From Actinomycetota bacterium (lineage in GTDB: Bacteria; Actinomycetota; Acidimicrobiia; Acidimicrobiales; Ilumatobacteraceae), in assembly GCA_016871295.1 (NCBI GenBank), contig VFZD01000001.1:19553-83552 (forward strand): 64,000 nt of DNA, written 5' to 3'. Shown here piece after piece: positions 55,727 through 64,000 of the stretch. A program made the position numbers and the translations under genes. Within the stretch, counting starts at the first letter, position 1; each line of letters opens with the position of its first letter. Below the pieces are notes generated by a model. That model searched no databases. It saw only the letters and a program-made list of their open reading frames with translations, and was not told the origin of the DNA.

Positions 55727-57100
55727 TTACTTACCAGCGTCAAAGTTCTCGCCGAGTGCGTTACCAATGTTTCCGTCACAGCCGTAGACCTTCTTCGCGC
55801 GAGGACCTACGCCGTTCTCCACCATTGTGCGGAGAATGCGCGAGCCTTCGTCGAAGGTGATCAACACGATTGCGTCTGGGTTGGCGGCTACGACTTCGCC
55901 CACTTCGGCATCAAATGTTGTTGCCTTCGGATCGTAGATCTTCTTGCCCTTGACTTCGACACCTGCTTTGGTGAGCACTTCCTCGACCACGTTGGCAAGA
56001 CCCGTGCCATAAGCATCGTCAAGAGCCAAGATGTAGGCCGATTGGTTGCCGTCACCGATGATCACTTCAGCAAGAACGGCACCCTGGAGGTTGTCCGGTG
56101 GCGCGTTGCGGAAGTAGAGACCGTTGTCCGCGTAATCTGTCAACTTCGGCGATGTGTTCGCTGGGCTGAACTGAATTACACCGGCAGCAGTGATCTTGTC
56201 GATAACCGTGAGAGATACGCCCGATGATGCGGCACCGACGATGGCGTCGACACCTTCTTTGAGCAGACGATCTACGGTCACGCTGGCTGTGTCAGTTGAG
56301 GTGTCACCTGAGTCGCCTGCGCTGTATTCGACCGGCTTGCCGAGGATGCCACCGTTTTGGTTGAGCACGTCAATTGCGTACTCGACACCGGCGATCATCG
56401 GCGCACCAAGGAATGCAAGGCTGCCAGTCTCTGGGAGCAATCCACCGATCTTGAGAACGCCGTTGCCCTTGCGGGAAACGCCGGTCTTCGAAAGCGGCAA
56501 TACTGCAGATTCTGGAGCATTTGCGAGTTGATAGGTGGTCAACGAGTCATCAAGACGGTTGCCCTCACCGAATTGAAGGATGCCGTACGAAGCCTCGAGA
56601 GGCTCGCCGTTTCCGTTCATAGTGTTTGGTCCCGAGAAGCCGTCAAAGTCGACATCGCCCTTGGCCTTGACAGTTGCGATGCAATCTGCCCAGGTTGCTG
56701 GCGAGCACTTCGTGCCGTCTTTCGAAACAGCGACAAGTTGGTCAGCGAGAGCGCTGCCGTCGGTGCCTGCTGCTTCGGCTGCCAGAGCGATCAACAGCAC
56801 TGCGTCGAATGACTCAGCGGTGTAGTTGAAGTCTGTGAGCGCTTCGTTACCCTTGCCGGTCCAAAATGCATTGACTGCATCTTTGAACTCTTGGGTCAGC
56901 TCCACGAGTGGAGTCGTTCCCTTCATGCCCTGCAACTCGCTGCCAGTTTCGTCAACTACCGGAGCAGTTGTCTCTTCTGGAGCGGTTGTCTCTTCCGGGG
57001 CTTCTTCTGGCGCCGCTTCGTCATCGCCGCCGCAGGCTCCAGCCAAAAGGCTGAGACCAACAACAAGCGCACCGAAACGACGTGCCGTGCTTTTCTTCAT
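55727..57100 (-). CDS. LivJ-type (type I periplasmic binding fold) substrate-binding lipoprotein, apparently circularly permuted
   Basis: 457 aa. Signal plus lipobox LLAGAC, then a PEE/TTA repeat linker. Residues ~216-457 align with the N-terminal two thirds of LivJ-like proteins (LKIGGLLPETGSLAFLG...GVDAIVGAASSG...YGTGLAN...). Residues ~55-185 align with the usual C-terminal third (TAESFDAVLLIALAAEAAGTDG...FDGFSGPNTMNGNGEP...YGILQF). Confidence 0.85.
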   Translation of the reverse strand: MKKSTARRFGALVVGLSLLAGACGGDDEAAPEEAPEETTAPEETTAPVVDETGSELQGMKGTTPLVELTQEFKDAVNAFWTGKGNEALTDFNYTAESFDAVLLIALAAEAAGTDGSALADQLVAVSKDGTKCSPATWADCIATVKAKGDVDFDGFSGPNTMNGNGEPLEASYGILQFGEGNRLDDSLTTYQLANAPESAVLPLSKTGVSRKGNGVLKIGGLLPETGSLAFLGAPMIAGVEYAIDVLNQNGGILGKPVEYSAGDSGDTSTDTASVTVDRLLKEGVDAIVGAASSGVSLTVIDKITAAGVIQFSPANTSPKLTDYADNGLYFRNAPPDNLQGAVLAEVIIGDGNQSAYILALDDAYGTGLANVVEEVLTKAGVEVKGKKIYDPKATTFDAEVGEVVAANPDAIVLITFDEGSRILRTMVENGVGPRAKKVYGCDGNIGNALGENFDAGK

Positions 57101-57215
57101 TATTTTCTCCCCCTAGGAGTGGGGCGACAATTTGTCACCCCTGTGACCCCTGAGCCTATTGGCAGACACCCATAGTTTCTACAGTTGAAAAGTGGATTTT
57201 TTGGTCTCCCGCGCA

Positions 57216-58151
57216 CTACTCGAGGGAGTTTGCAGCCTTGTACAGACGGTCGTTTATGGCCGCTCCAAGCCCACTACTTGGGGCAAGAACGGCAATAACC
57301 ACGTCGACTTTGTCGTCGTCGGCTTTGCGCAAGCTGTCGTATAACCGATGGGCATATTTCTCGAGGTCGGCCGAATAGTCGAGCACCCGGGCCCTGATTC
57401 CTTGAGTTAGCAACTCGTGTCGTCGGCGATCTGCCTCGTCTGCATCGGCGACGAGCACAACGCGGCAATTTGGCGCGTAGTGCTTATCGAGCATGCCCGG
57501 AGCCCGACTCTCGCCCGATGCATCGGACACGGCGATGTTGCAAGCATCCTTGATCTGCTCGATTGACACCGCACCAGCCCTGAGCAACTGTGGCGGGTTG
57601 GTTGTGCAGTCGATGACGGTTGATTCGAGACCAACATCGCATTCGCCGCCGTCGAGGATCAAATCAATTTCGTCACCCAGATCGTCGACAACGTGTTGTG
57701 CCCTGGTCGGACTCACCTTGCCAAACTTGTTCGCCGAGGGGGCGACGATTGCCGAACCGAGTTGAAGCAAGAGTTCTCGGGTCAACTTGTGGCTTGGGCA
57801 CCGAATTGCCACCGTATCGCGCGCGCCGGTGATCTCATCGCAAACCGAGTCGGTACGATTCACGACGATCGTCAGCGGGCCGGGCCAAAACGCATCGACC
57901 AAGTCTCGAGCGTCGCGGGAGACATTGGTCGCCCAGTAGTCGAGATCGGCAGGGTTGGCGATGTGAAGTATCAGCGGATGCGATGAAGGTCGTGATTTCA
58001 CCGCGTAGATCCTTCTTATCGCAACCTTGTCTGTCGCCAGCGCGGCGAGACCGTAAACGGTTTCAGTGGGAATGGCGACCAATTGAGATCTTTTCAAGGC
58101 GACGACACATTGCTCGATTGCGTTGGTCGTTGCAGGATCCAAAACTTTCAT
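57216..58151 (-). CDS. tsaC: L-threonylcarbamoyladenylate synthase (TsaC/Sua5 type, with Sua5 C-terminal domain)
   Basis: The ORF opens at 58247; ATG 58151 forms an ATGA overlap with the upstream stop. Motifs: VAIPTETVYGLAA, FWPGPLT, SANKFG. Confidence 0.88.
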   Translation of the reverse strand: MKVLDPATTNAIEQCVVALKRSQLVAIPTETVYGLAALATDKVAIRRIYAVKSRPSSHPLILHIANPADLDYWATNVSRDARDLVDAFWPGPLTIVVNRTDSVCDEITGARDTVAIRCPSHKLTRELLLQLGSAIVAPSANKFGKVSPTRAQHVVDDLGDEIDLILDGGECDVGLESTVIDCTTNPPQLLRAGAVSIEQIKDACNIAVSDASGESRAPGMLDKHYAPNCRVVLVADADEADRRRHELLTQGIRARVLDYSADLEKYAHRLYDSLRKADDDKVDVVIAVLAPSSGLGAAINDRLYKAANSLE

Positions 58152-58855
58152 CGTGGCTTGGCGAAAAATTCGAGCATTGCATCGATGAAGCCGAAGTGGT
58201 CGAGGGTCGCAAAGTGGTCGCAATTTTTCAGGATCGTTGTCCGGCAATTTTTGAAGCAGCCGGCAAGTCTCTCGACGGGTTGGACAAAGTCTTTGTCGCC
58301 AACGACGAGCCTTACCTCGGCCCCGATATTTTGCAGTTCTTCAACCTTGAACTGTTCGGCGCGCGGTCGAAGCAAGATGGCGCGGAGCGCCCGTGGATCA
58401 TTGTCGCCACTTCGTGCGTATGTGCCAAACTGTCTGGCCACGATGTCGTTCGTCGGGGCCAACCCGTCGATCCCGCTGACGATGCGGGCGGTCTCGGTCT
58501 CGTCATCAGGCTCGAGCAGACCGTTGCCGACGCCAACCAACATCAGCCTGCGAAAACAATCCGGTTGATGTCTCGCAAGCTGGAGAAGGGCGATTGCGCC
58601 AAGCGAGAAGCCGACTGCGTCAACCGGGGTTTCGAATTTGGTTAGTTGTTCGCGAATCGGGTTTGGAATGTCGCCATATTCGTGCGGGTCGTGGGGCTTC
58701 AGATTCGTGCCGTGTCCGAGCAGGTCGACACCCACGACGGTTCGACCCTGATCGACGAGCAACTGTTCGAGGCCGGGCTTGCGCCATGTCTCAAGGTGCG
58801 AACCCGCCCATCCGTGCACCATAAAAACAGGGGTATTCGTGGCGTTGATATTCAC
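58148..58855 (-). CDS. Alpha/beta hydrolase fold protein
   Basis: 235 aa. HGWAG oxyanion region, nucleophile elbow GFSLGA, and a C-terminal DHF histidine context. Confidence 0.8.
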   Translation of the reverse strand: MNINATNTPVFMVHGWAGSHLETWRKPGLEQLLVDQGRTVVGVDLLGHGTNLKPHDPHEYGDIPNPIREQLTKFETPVDAVGFSLGAIALLQLARHQPDCFRRLMLVGVGNGLLEPDDETETARIVSGIDGLAPTNDIVARQFGTYARSGDNDPRALRAILLRPRAEQFKVEELQNIGAEVRLVVGDKDFVQPVERLAGCFKNCRTTILKNCDHFATLDHFGFIDAMLEFFAKPR

Positions 58856-58905
58856 AGGGCGTAGCCTATGGAGGCTTCAAAAAAGCCCCACTGGGAGGAT
58901 CACCG

Positions 58906-60342
58906 ATGCGTTTTTTGAACGAGGCGCCATCTTTTGATCTGACCTACAGCGATGTTTTCATGGTGCCGAGCCTTTCATCGGTGTCGTCGCGCTTGAAGGT
59001 CGATCTCTCGACTCCGGACGGAATTGGAACCACGATTCCACTCGTCGTTTCGAACATGACCGCGATTGCCGGCAGACGAATGGCTGAAACCGTAGCCCGA
59101 CGGGGTGGATTGGTCGTTCTGCCCCAAGATATTCCCCTCGATGTCGTGGAGACGGTCGTGTCGTTCGTCAAGTCACGGCACAAGGTCGTGGATACGCCGA
59201 TAACCATGCGCGTCGACGGCACGGTGGGCGAGGCGTTGAGTCTCATCTACAAGCGAAGCCACGGCGCGGTGATCGTGATCGACGATGAGGGTCGGCCCGC
59301 GGGAATTTTCACCGAACACGACGCAGTCGGTTTCGATCGATTCACCCAGATTCGCAATGTGATGAGCACAGAGATCTTCGCCTTGAGCGAATCATTGTCT
59401 CCCCGGCAAATGTTCGAGAGTCTTACCGAGGCGCGACTTTCGGTCGCACCCGTTATCGACAACAACGGTCTGCTCGTCGGGGTGATCACGCGCAACGGCG
59501 CGCTGAGGAGCACTATCTACGAGCCGGCCGTCGACAAAAATGGCGAGTTGCTTATTTCTGCCGCAGTTGGGATAAGCGCCGAGCCCGCCGATCGCGCGAG
59601 ACAACTGACAAAGATGGGGGTCGACGTGATTGTCGTCGATACGGCGCACGGACACCAGACACGAATGCTGGATGCGATTTCGGAGGTTCGCCAGGTTGTC
59701 GGCGAAGCCAAGATGGTCGCCGGCAACGTCGTCACGGCCGAAGCAACACGCGACATCATCAACGCAGGTGCCGACGTGGTGAAAGTTGGTGTCGGGCCCG
59801 GTGCGATGTGCACGACGCGCATGATGACCGGCGTTGGCCGACCGCAATTCTCGGCCGTGCTCGAATGCGCCCGGACGGCGAGAGAACTGGGCAAGAGCGT
59901 CTGGGCCGACGGTGGAGTTCGTTACCCGCGCGATGTCGCCCTCGGGTTGGCCGCCGGGGCGGCCAACGTCATGTTTGGTTCGTTGCTGGCCGGAACGTAC
60001 GAGTCGGCCGCCGACACATTGCGCGACACCAACGGACGGCTCTACAAGGAAAGTTTTGGCATGGCATCAAATCGCGCGGTCAGAAACCGCACCCGCACCG
60101 AAAGCGCGTTCGAACGCGCCCGCAAGGAACTGTTCGAAGAGGGCATTAGTTCTTCACGAATGTATTTGGACGCGCAACGACCAAGCGTCGAAGACATCAT
60201 CGACCAGATCATTTCGGGTATCCGCTCTGCATGCACATATGCCGGGGCCTCGAACCTCAAAGAGCTTCAAGACAGGGCAGTGATTGGCGTACAGAGCGCT
60301 TCGGGCTACAACGAAGGCCGAGCACAAGACACCAATTGGTGA
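58906..60342 (+). CDS. guaB1: IMP dehydrogenase/GMP reductase family protein with CBS pair (GuaB1 type)
   Basis: 478 aa. N-terminus [13 protein letters not shown], an internal CBS pair, the catalytic loop [21 protein letters not shown], and [17 protein letters not shown]. Confidence 0.85.
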   Translation: MRFLNEAPSFDLTYSDVFMVPSLSSVSSRLKVDLSTPDGIGTTIPLVVSNMTAIAGRRMAETVARRGGLVVLPQDIPLDVVETVVSFVKSRHKVVDTPITMRVDGTVGEALSLIYKRSHGAVIVIDDEGRPAGIFTEHDAVGFDRFTQIRNVMSTEIFALSESLSPRQMFESLTEARLSVAPVIDNNGLLVGVITRNGALRSTIYEPAVDKNGELLISAAVGISAEPADRARQLTKMGVDVIVVDTAHGHQTRMLDAISEVRQVVGEAKMVAGNVVTAEATRDIINAGADVVKVGVGPGAMCTTRMMTGVGRPQFSAVLECARTARELGKSVWADGGVRYPRDVALGLAAGAANVMFGSLLAGTYESAADTLRDTNGRLYKESFGMASNRAVRNRTRTESAFERARKELFEEGISSSRMYLDAQRPSVEDIIDQIISGIRSACTYAGASNLKELQDRAVIGVQSASGYNEGRAQDTNW

Positions 60343-60362
60343 GGGGCTAGTCGCCGAAGAAC

Positions 60363-61025
60363 ATGACGATTGTCGTTGCGATTGATGGTCCCGCCGGGGC
60401 GGGCAAATCGACAGTCGCCAAGGCATTGGCAAGAAAGTTGCGCGTGAAATATCTCGATACGGGGGCGATGTATCGAGCGGTAACATTTTTGGCGCTAAGC
60501 GACGGCGTTTCTTTGCATGATGAAGCGGCAGTGGCGGAACTTTCGGTCAATTGTGTGCTCGATGTCGGCGAAGAACTGGTGACGATCAACTCGATCGACG
60601 CGACCCAGGCGATTCGTGGCCCCGAGGTAACCAAGGCGGTCAGTTTGGTGGCGACCAATTCTTCGGTTCGCAATGAATTGCGCGCGCGTCAACGAATTTG
60701 GGTCGAAGAGAACGGCGGCGGGGTCGTGGAGGGTCGCGATATCGGTTCGGTTGTTTTTCCCGATGCGACGCTGAAGGTTTACTTGACGGCGTCCCCACTC
60801 GTGCGGGCCAAACGCAGAGTAGCCCAGTCGGGTGGCGACGTCGCGCAGATCGCCGCCGAGATCGCCGAGCGAGATCGCCGCGACTCGACCCGATCGGACA
60901 GCCCGTTGACGAAAACCGACGATTCGATAACTGTCGACACCAGCGATCGATCGGTTGACGAGGTCGTCGCACAACTCGAGCAACTGGTCATGATCGCCGA
61001 TGCGAAGCGAGCGGCGAACCGATGA
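60363..61025 (+). CDS. cmk: Cytidylate kinase
   Basis: 220 aa. IAIDGPAGAGKST, YLDTGAMYRA, EGRDIGSVVFPDA. Confidence 0.92.
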   Translation: MTIVVAIDGPAGAGKSTVAKALARKLRVKYLDTGAMYRAVTFLALSDGVSLHDEAAVAELSVNCVLDVGEELVTINSIDATQAIRGPEVTKAVSLVATNSSVRNELRARQRIWVEENGGGVVEGRDIGSVVFPDATLKVYLTASPLVRAKRRVAQSGGDVAQIAAEIAERDRRDSTRSDSPLTKTDDSITVDTSDRSVDEVVAQLEQLVMIADAKRAANR

Positions 61026-61729
61026 CGCAGGTCGAGAGTTTCATCGTTGGTCAAGGGTTTGGCGGCAAACTTTTCTACGCCGCCGCGCGCGCCATCATTT
61101 TGGTGTTCAGCAAGATCTATTTTCGACTGACGGTTTACGGCAAAGAGAACGTGCCGAAAACAGGCGCCTTTATTCTGGCGCCGATTCATCGCTCGAATGT
61201 CGACACGCCGTTGGCGAGCGCCGTGACCAGGCGTCGTCTGCGTTTCATGGGCAAAGACTCGCTGTGGAAGAAGAAGCCATTCGCGGCGATTCTCTCGGGG
61301 CTGGGCGGGTTTCCCGTTACCCGGGGAAGCGCGGACTTTGAGGCGCTCAAACGCTGTTTGAAGGTCTTGGCATCAGGTGAGCCATTGGTGATGTTTCCAG
61401 AGGGCACCCGTCAATCTGGCCCGACGGTGCACCCACTGTTCGATGGCGCCGCGTATTTGGCGATCAAAGCCTCGGTTCCGATCGTGCCGGTCGGCTTCGG
61501 TGGCACCGAGGACGTGATGCCCAAGCATTCGAAAAAGATCTTGCCAAGACGCTGTGCGGTCGTCGTCGGCCGGCCGATTTATCCGCCGAAGCCCGACCAG
61601 GGACGCCTGCCCAGATCGGCCACCACCGATCTGACGAGCGAATTGACGATTGCACTACAGAAGGTTTTCGACGAAGCGAAGCAACGGATCAACCAAACCA
61701 GGTCGGTCGCCAAGAAACAACATCGGTGA
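61022..61729 (+). CDS. plsC: 1-acyl-sn-glycerol-3-phosphate acyltransferase family protein
   Basis: 235 aa. Acyltransferase motif I APIHRSNVD (HxxxxD), motif III FPEGTR. ATGA overlap with cmk. Confidence 0.85.
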   Translation: MTQVESFIVGQGFGGKLFYAAARAIILVFSKIYFRLTVYGKENVPKTGAFILAPIHRSNVDTPLASAVTRRRLRFMGKDSLWKKKPFAAILSGLGGFPVTRGSADFEALKRCLKVLASGEPLVMFPEGTRQSGPTVHPLFDGAAYLAIKASVPIVPVGFGGTEDVMPKHSKKILPRRCAVVVGRPIYPPKPDQGRLPRSATTDLTSELTIALQKVFDEAKQRINQTRSVAKKQHR

Positions 61730-61770
61730 CGAGTCGAGTCGTCGTGTAATCGACGAAACCACGTCGATCG

Positions 61771-62055
61771 TCATTTGTTGATTCCGCGCAAAGATATCTC
61801 CTGTCCGAAAAATGTGCAGGTGGTCTCGGCGATATCTGACGCCGAAGTCGCCTCGAGTTTGGCAATGCAGACCGAAAGCGAGTCGCGTTGAGTGAAAGAG
61901 AAATATGTGAGGGCACCGAACACGGCAAGGAGCAGAATTTTTGAGACGACCGACTTGACGAATTTGAGGACGACCAAGACGCCGAGAAGGCCCAGTCCGA
62001 GCCCGCTCAAGCCAATATTTTTCGCGGTTTCCGAGTCGAGCGAGAATAAGTCCAT
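61771..62055 (-). CDS. Hypothetical small membrane protein
   Basis: 94 aa with two hydrophobic helices (IGLSGLGLGLLGVLVVL; ILLLAVFGALTYFSF). It fills an otherwise empty gap and has no recognisable family. Confidence 0.45.
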   Translation of the reverse strand: MDLFSLDSETAKNIGLSGLGLGLLGVLVVLKFVKSVVSKILLLAVFGALTYFSFTQRDSLSVCIAKLEATSASDIAETTCTFFGQEISLRGINK

Positions 62056-62075
62056 GCATCTAGTGTGGCAGGGCG

Positions 62076-62525
62076 ATGAGCGACAAGCCCGTTCACCTCA
62101 CTGCCGGCGGACCACCAGAGACGATCTTGCCCGAAATTGACCCTCACGCGAACGCCGAACTTGAAACGGCGCTGTCGATCGGCGAGCCCGCGACTCGACG
62201 CCGCGAGATTCTTCTGGTCGTCGCAAGGTACCCGACGATGCTCGCGGGGTGGGCGAGCGTGGGCGACACGAGTAGCCCCGGGATCGAGGCATACATGGCC
62301 TATCGCGTCGGCTATCACCGCGGTCTCGACAGTCTGCGTGCGAACTCATGGCGCGGGTCGGGTTATGTGCGCTGGCGCAACGCGTCGAACCGTGGGTTTC
62401 TGAGATGCCTGGCCGGGTTGGCGAAGCACGCACGATTGATCGGAGAAACTTCCGAGGCTGTTCGCTGCGAGCAGTTTCTGACTCAACTCGACCCGAGCGG
62501 CGACGCGACCCATTTGTTGAGATGA
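62076..62525 (+). CDS. DUF3151-family protein (actinobacterial conserved hypothetical)
   Basis: 149 aa. The segment YRVGYHRGLDSLRANSWRGSGYVRWRNASNRGFLRCL matches my recollection of DUF3151. This is a family assignment from memory, not a search. Confidence 0.65.
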   Translation: MSDKPVHLTAGGPPETILPEIDPHANAELETALSIGEPATRRREILLVVARYPTMLAGWASVGDTSSPGIEAYMAYRVGYHRGLDSLRANSWRGSGYVRWRNASNRGFLRCLAGLAKHARLIGETSEAVRCEQFLTQLDPSGDATHLLR

Positions 62526-63064
62526 GCTCCACGAGCGGCGCGATTCTTGCGGGCGGAAAGAGTTCGCGTTTTGGCTCGCCCAAAGTCTCGGCCGTGCTCG
62601 ATGGTCGTTCGTTCGGCGAGCGCATAGTCGCGACCCTGCGAGCGTCGCAGATTCTCGACCTGTTTCTCGTCGGCGGCTCGCGCGAGACGGCCGAGGATCT
62701 TGGAATCGAATTCGTAGAGGATGCGTTCGTGGATTCGGGGCCATTCGGTGCGCTCATTTCGGTGATGAGGGTCTGCAGAGCCGAAAATGTTTTGATCCTG
62801 CCCTGCGACGTGCCGTTTATCGACCGATCGACCTGCGAGGCGCTTGCCGAGTTCGATGACTCTTTCGAGGTTCAGGTTGCATCGACCGATTCTCCGCAAT
62901 GGTTGTGCAGCAACTGGAAGACCTCTACTTTGCCGACACTTGAAAGGCGATTCGTCGAGGGCGAGCGCGCAATTCACAACGTCGCCCCATCGCTAAAAAT
63001 GAGAACGATCGAAGTTTCGCATCGTGCGTTGCGCAACATAAACTCGCCGACAGACCTCGAATAA
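62522..63064 (+). CDS. MobA-like NTP transferase (molybdenum cofactor nucleotidyltransferase; MGD versus MCD specificity unresolved)
   Basis: The ORF opens at 62348; ATG 62522 forms an ATGA overlap with the DUF3151 stop. Motifs: GAILAGGKSSRFGSPK and LILPCDVPF. Confidence 0.75.
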   Translation: MSSTSGAILAGGKSSRFGSPKVSAVLDGRSFGERIVATLRASQILDLFLVGGSRETAEDLGIEFVEDAFVDSGPFGALISVMRVCRAENVLILPCDVPFIDRSTCEALAEFDDSFEVQVASTDSPQWLCSNWKTSTLPTLERRFVEGERAIHNVAPSLKMRTIEVSHRALRNINSPTDLE

Positions 63065-63078
63065 ACTAAATTTGGTCA

Positions 63079-63405
63079 ATGGCAGTTGAAGAGATAACCG
63101 TCGCCTCCCTCTCGCGATTGTCGCTGAAAAGTCTGCAGATTGTCGACGTGCGCGAACCCGATGAGTATGTGGCGGGTCATATTCCGGGCGCGATAAACAT
63201 CCCGTTGAGCGTCTTCACCGAAAAGTTGGGGAACATCGACGCCAAGAAGACAACCTACATGGTTTGCAAAAGCGGTGGTCGAAGCATGCAGGCCTGCGAA
63301 TTCTGTCATGACCAGGATCAACCGAATGTCGTCAACCTCGCCGGCGGCACTATGGGCTGGATTGCGGCGGGACACGATGTCGTCACGGGTGAATCACCGG
63401 GGTGA
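63079..63405 (+). CDS. Single-domain rhodanese-like sulfurtransferase
   Basis: 108 aa. VDVREPDEYVAGHIPGAINIP and the active-site loop CKSGGRS. Confidence 0.85.
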   Translation: MAVEEITVASLSRLSLKSLQIVDVREPDEYVAGHIPGAINIPLSVFTEKLGNIDAKKTTYMVCKSGGRSMQACEFCHDQDQPNVVNLAGGTMGWIAAGHDVVTGESPG

Positions 63406-64000
63406 ACTATCGATGGGTCGACACAGAATCGGGTCTTGTTGAAGTAATCGCCGACATCTTGCGTCACGAGATCTACGCGATCGACACCGAGTTTCATCGC
63501 GAGAAGACCTACTTTCCTCGTTTGGCGTTGGTCCAGTTGAAGTGGGGTTCGAACATCGCGTTGGTCGATCCTCTGGCGGTGGACCCGCGCAACTTCGCCG
63601 AGTTGTTCGCCAGCGATCTGACAGCGGTGTTTCACGCGGCGCAACAAGACCTCGAGGTCTTGCGCGTCGCCGCTACGTGCGCTCCAACAAAAATCTTTGA
63701 TTGCCAGTTGGCCGCTGGCTTCATCGGATTCTCGACTCCGTCTTTGGCGACCTTGGTGCGGGCGTTGAAAAAGGAGTCGCTCTCAAAGGGGGATCGTCTG
63801 ACCGATTGGTTGCGACGCCCGCTTACCGATCAGCAGTGCAGATACGCGGCAGATGATGTCGAGCATCTTCTGGATCTGCACGGTCAGATTCATCGCCAGT
63901 TGAGCGATCTTGGCCGGTCGGAGTGGGTTGTGGAGGCTTGCCAAGAATTGATTCAGCGACCGCAAGGCGCTGTCGAGCCCGTTTCTGCTTGGCTAAAACT
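63402..64000 (+). CDS. rnd: Ribonuclease D (3'-5' exonuclease), 5' part; runs off the window end
   Basis: Absent from the ORF track because it has no stop in the window. GTG 63402 forms a GTGA overlap with the rhodanese stop. My own translation is VNYRWVDTESGLVEVIADILRHEIYAIDTEFHREKTYFPRLALVQLKW...VFHAAQQDLEVL...DWLRRPLTDQQCRYAADDVEHLL, which carries the DEDDy ExoI, ExoII and ExoIII motifs. Confidence 0.85.
   Translation, partial: MNYRWVDTESGLVEVIADILRHEIYAIDTEFHREKTYFPRLALVQLKWGSNIALVDPLAVDPRNFAELFASDLTAVFHAAQQDLEVLRVAATCAPTKIFDCQLAAGFIGFSTPSLATLVRALKKESLSKGDRLTDWLRRPLTDQQCRYAADDVEHLLDLHGQIHRQLSDLGRSEWVVEACQELIQRPQGAVEPVSAWLK

Noticed and set aside
56962-56997. Imperfect 18-nt tandem repeat (GGAGCAGTTGTCTCTTCT / GGAGCGGTTGTCTCTTCC), together with the 12-nt repeat at 13715-13748, considered as possible VNTR- or CRISPR-like elements.
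   Set aside because: Both are in frame and encode acidic Pro/Glu/Thr/Ala linkers immediately after lipoprotein lipoboxes. There are only 2-3 copies, with no spacers. They are ordinary low-complexity linker coding, though possibly length-variable between strains.
61739-61756. Hairpin TCGTCG-TGTAAT-CGACGA between the convergent plsC and small membrane protein genes, considered as a terminator.
   Set aside because: It has only a 6-bp stem and no U-tract on either strand, which is too weak to annotate.

Overview
The window is a compact chromosomal segment with about 60 genes, almost fully coding and moderately GC-rich by eye. Synteny points to an actinobacterium, possibly Acidimicrobiia-like, but that placement is inference only. 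I found no transposases, integrases, CRISPR arrays, rRNA genes or phage genes.

Layout:
- 1-19.7 kb: a core block, polA(3' part)-rpsA-coaE-uvrB-uvrA-uvrC-rapZ-gap-pgk-tpiA, then a five-gene peptide (Dpp/Opp-type) ABC transporter, then secG and a tRNA-Leu.
- 19.7-23.5 kb: an MFS transporter, a gulonolactone-oxidase-like flavoenzyme and a DEAD-box helicase.
- 23.5-35.5 kb: the most accessory-looking part. A minus-strand catabolic cluster holds a three-subunit xanthine-dehydrogenase-family enzyme, an LLM oxidoreductase, an N-terminally short SsnA-like amidohydrolase, a fused FeS/Mo XdhD-like hydroxylase, a D-carbamoylase-type nitrilase and an M20 carbamoyl-amidohydrolase. A class III aminotransferase is divergent from it.
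- 35.5-50.8 kb: assorted enzymes and transporters. These are a TauE exporter, an ETHE1-type persulfide dioxygenase, a Gfo/Idh/MocA enzyme, a FAD oxidase, a carboxylesterase, an acyltransferase, a heterodimeric ABC exporter, a lipoprotein, a histidine phosphatase, an M23 peptidase, a methyltransferase and a TetR-NTF2 fusion.
- 50.8-64 kb: ctaA, a Liv-type ABC transporter, tsaC/sua5, an alpha/beta hydrolase, guaB1-type, cmk, plsC, DUF3151, a MobA-like protein, a rhodanese and the 5' part of rnd.

Most worth a second look:
- The unassigned N-heterocycle/ureide catabolic cluster.
- A LivJ-type binding protein that reads as a clean circular permutant.
- A LivH permease with a secreted N-terminal extra domain.
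- A secG-linked tRNA-Leu whose anticodon reads AAG.
- A few strong palindromes and leader elements.

Nothing here looks like a defence or mobile system. All functional calls rest on motif-level reading of the translations, not on database searches.
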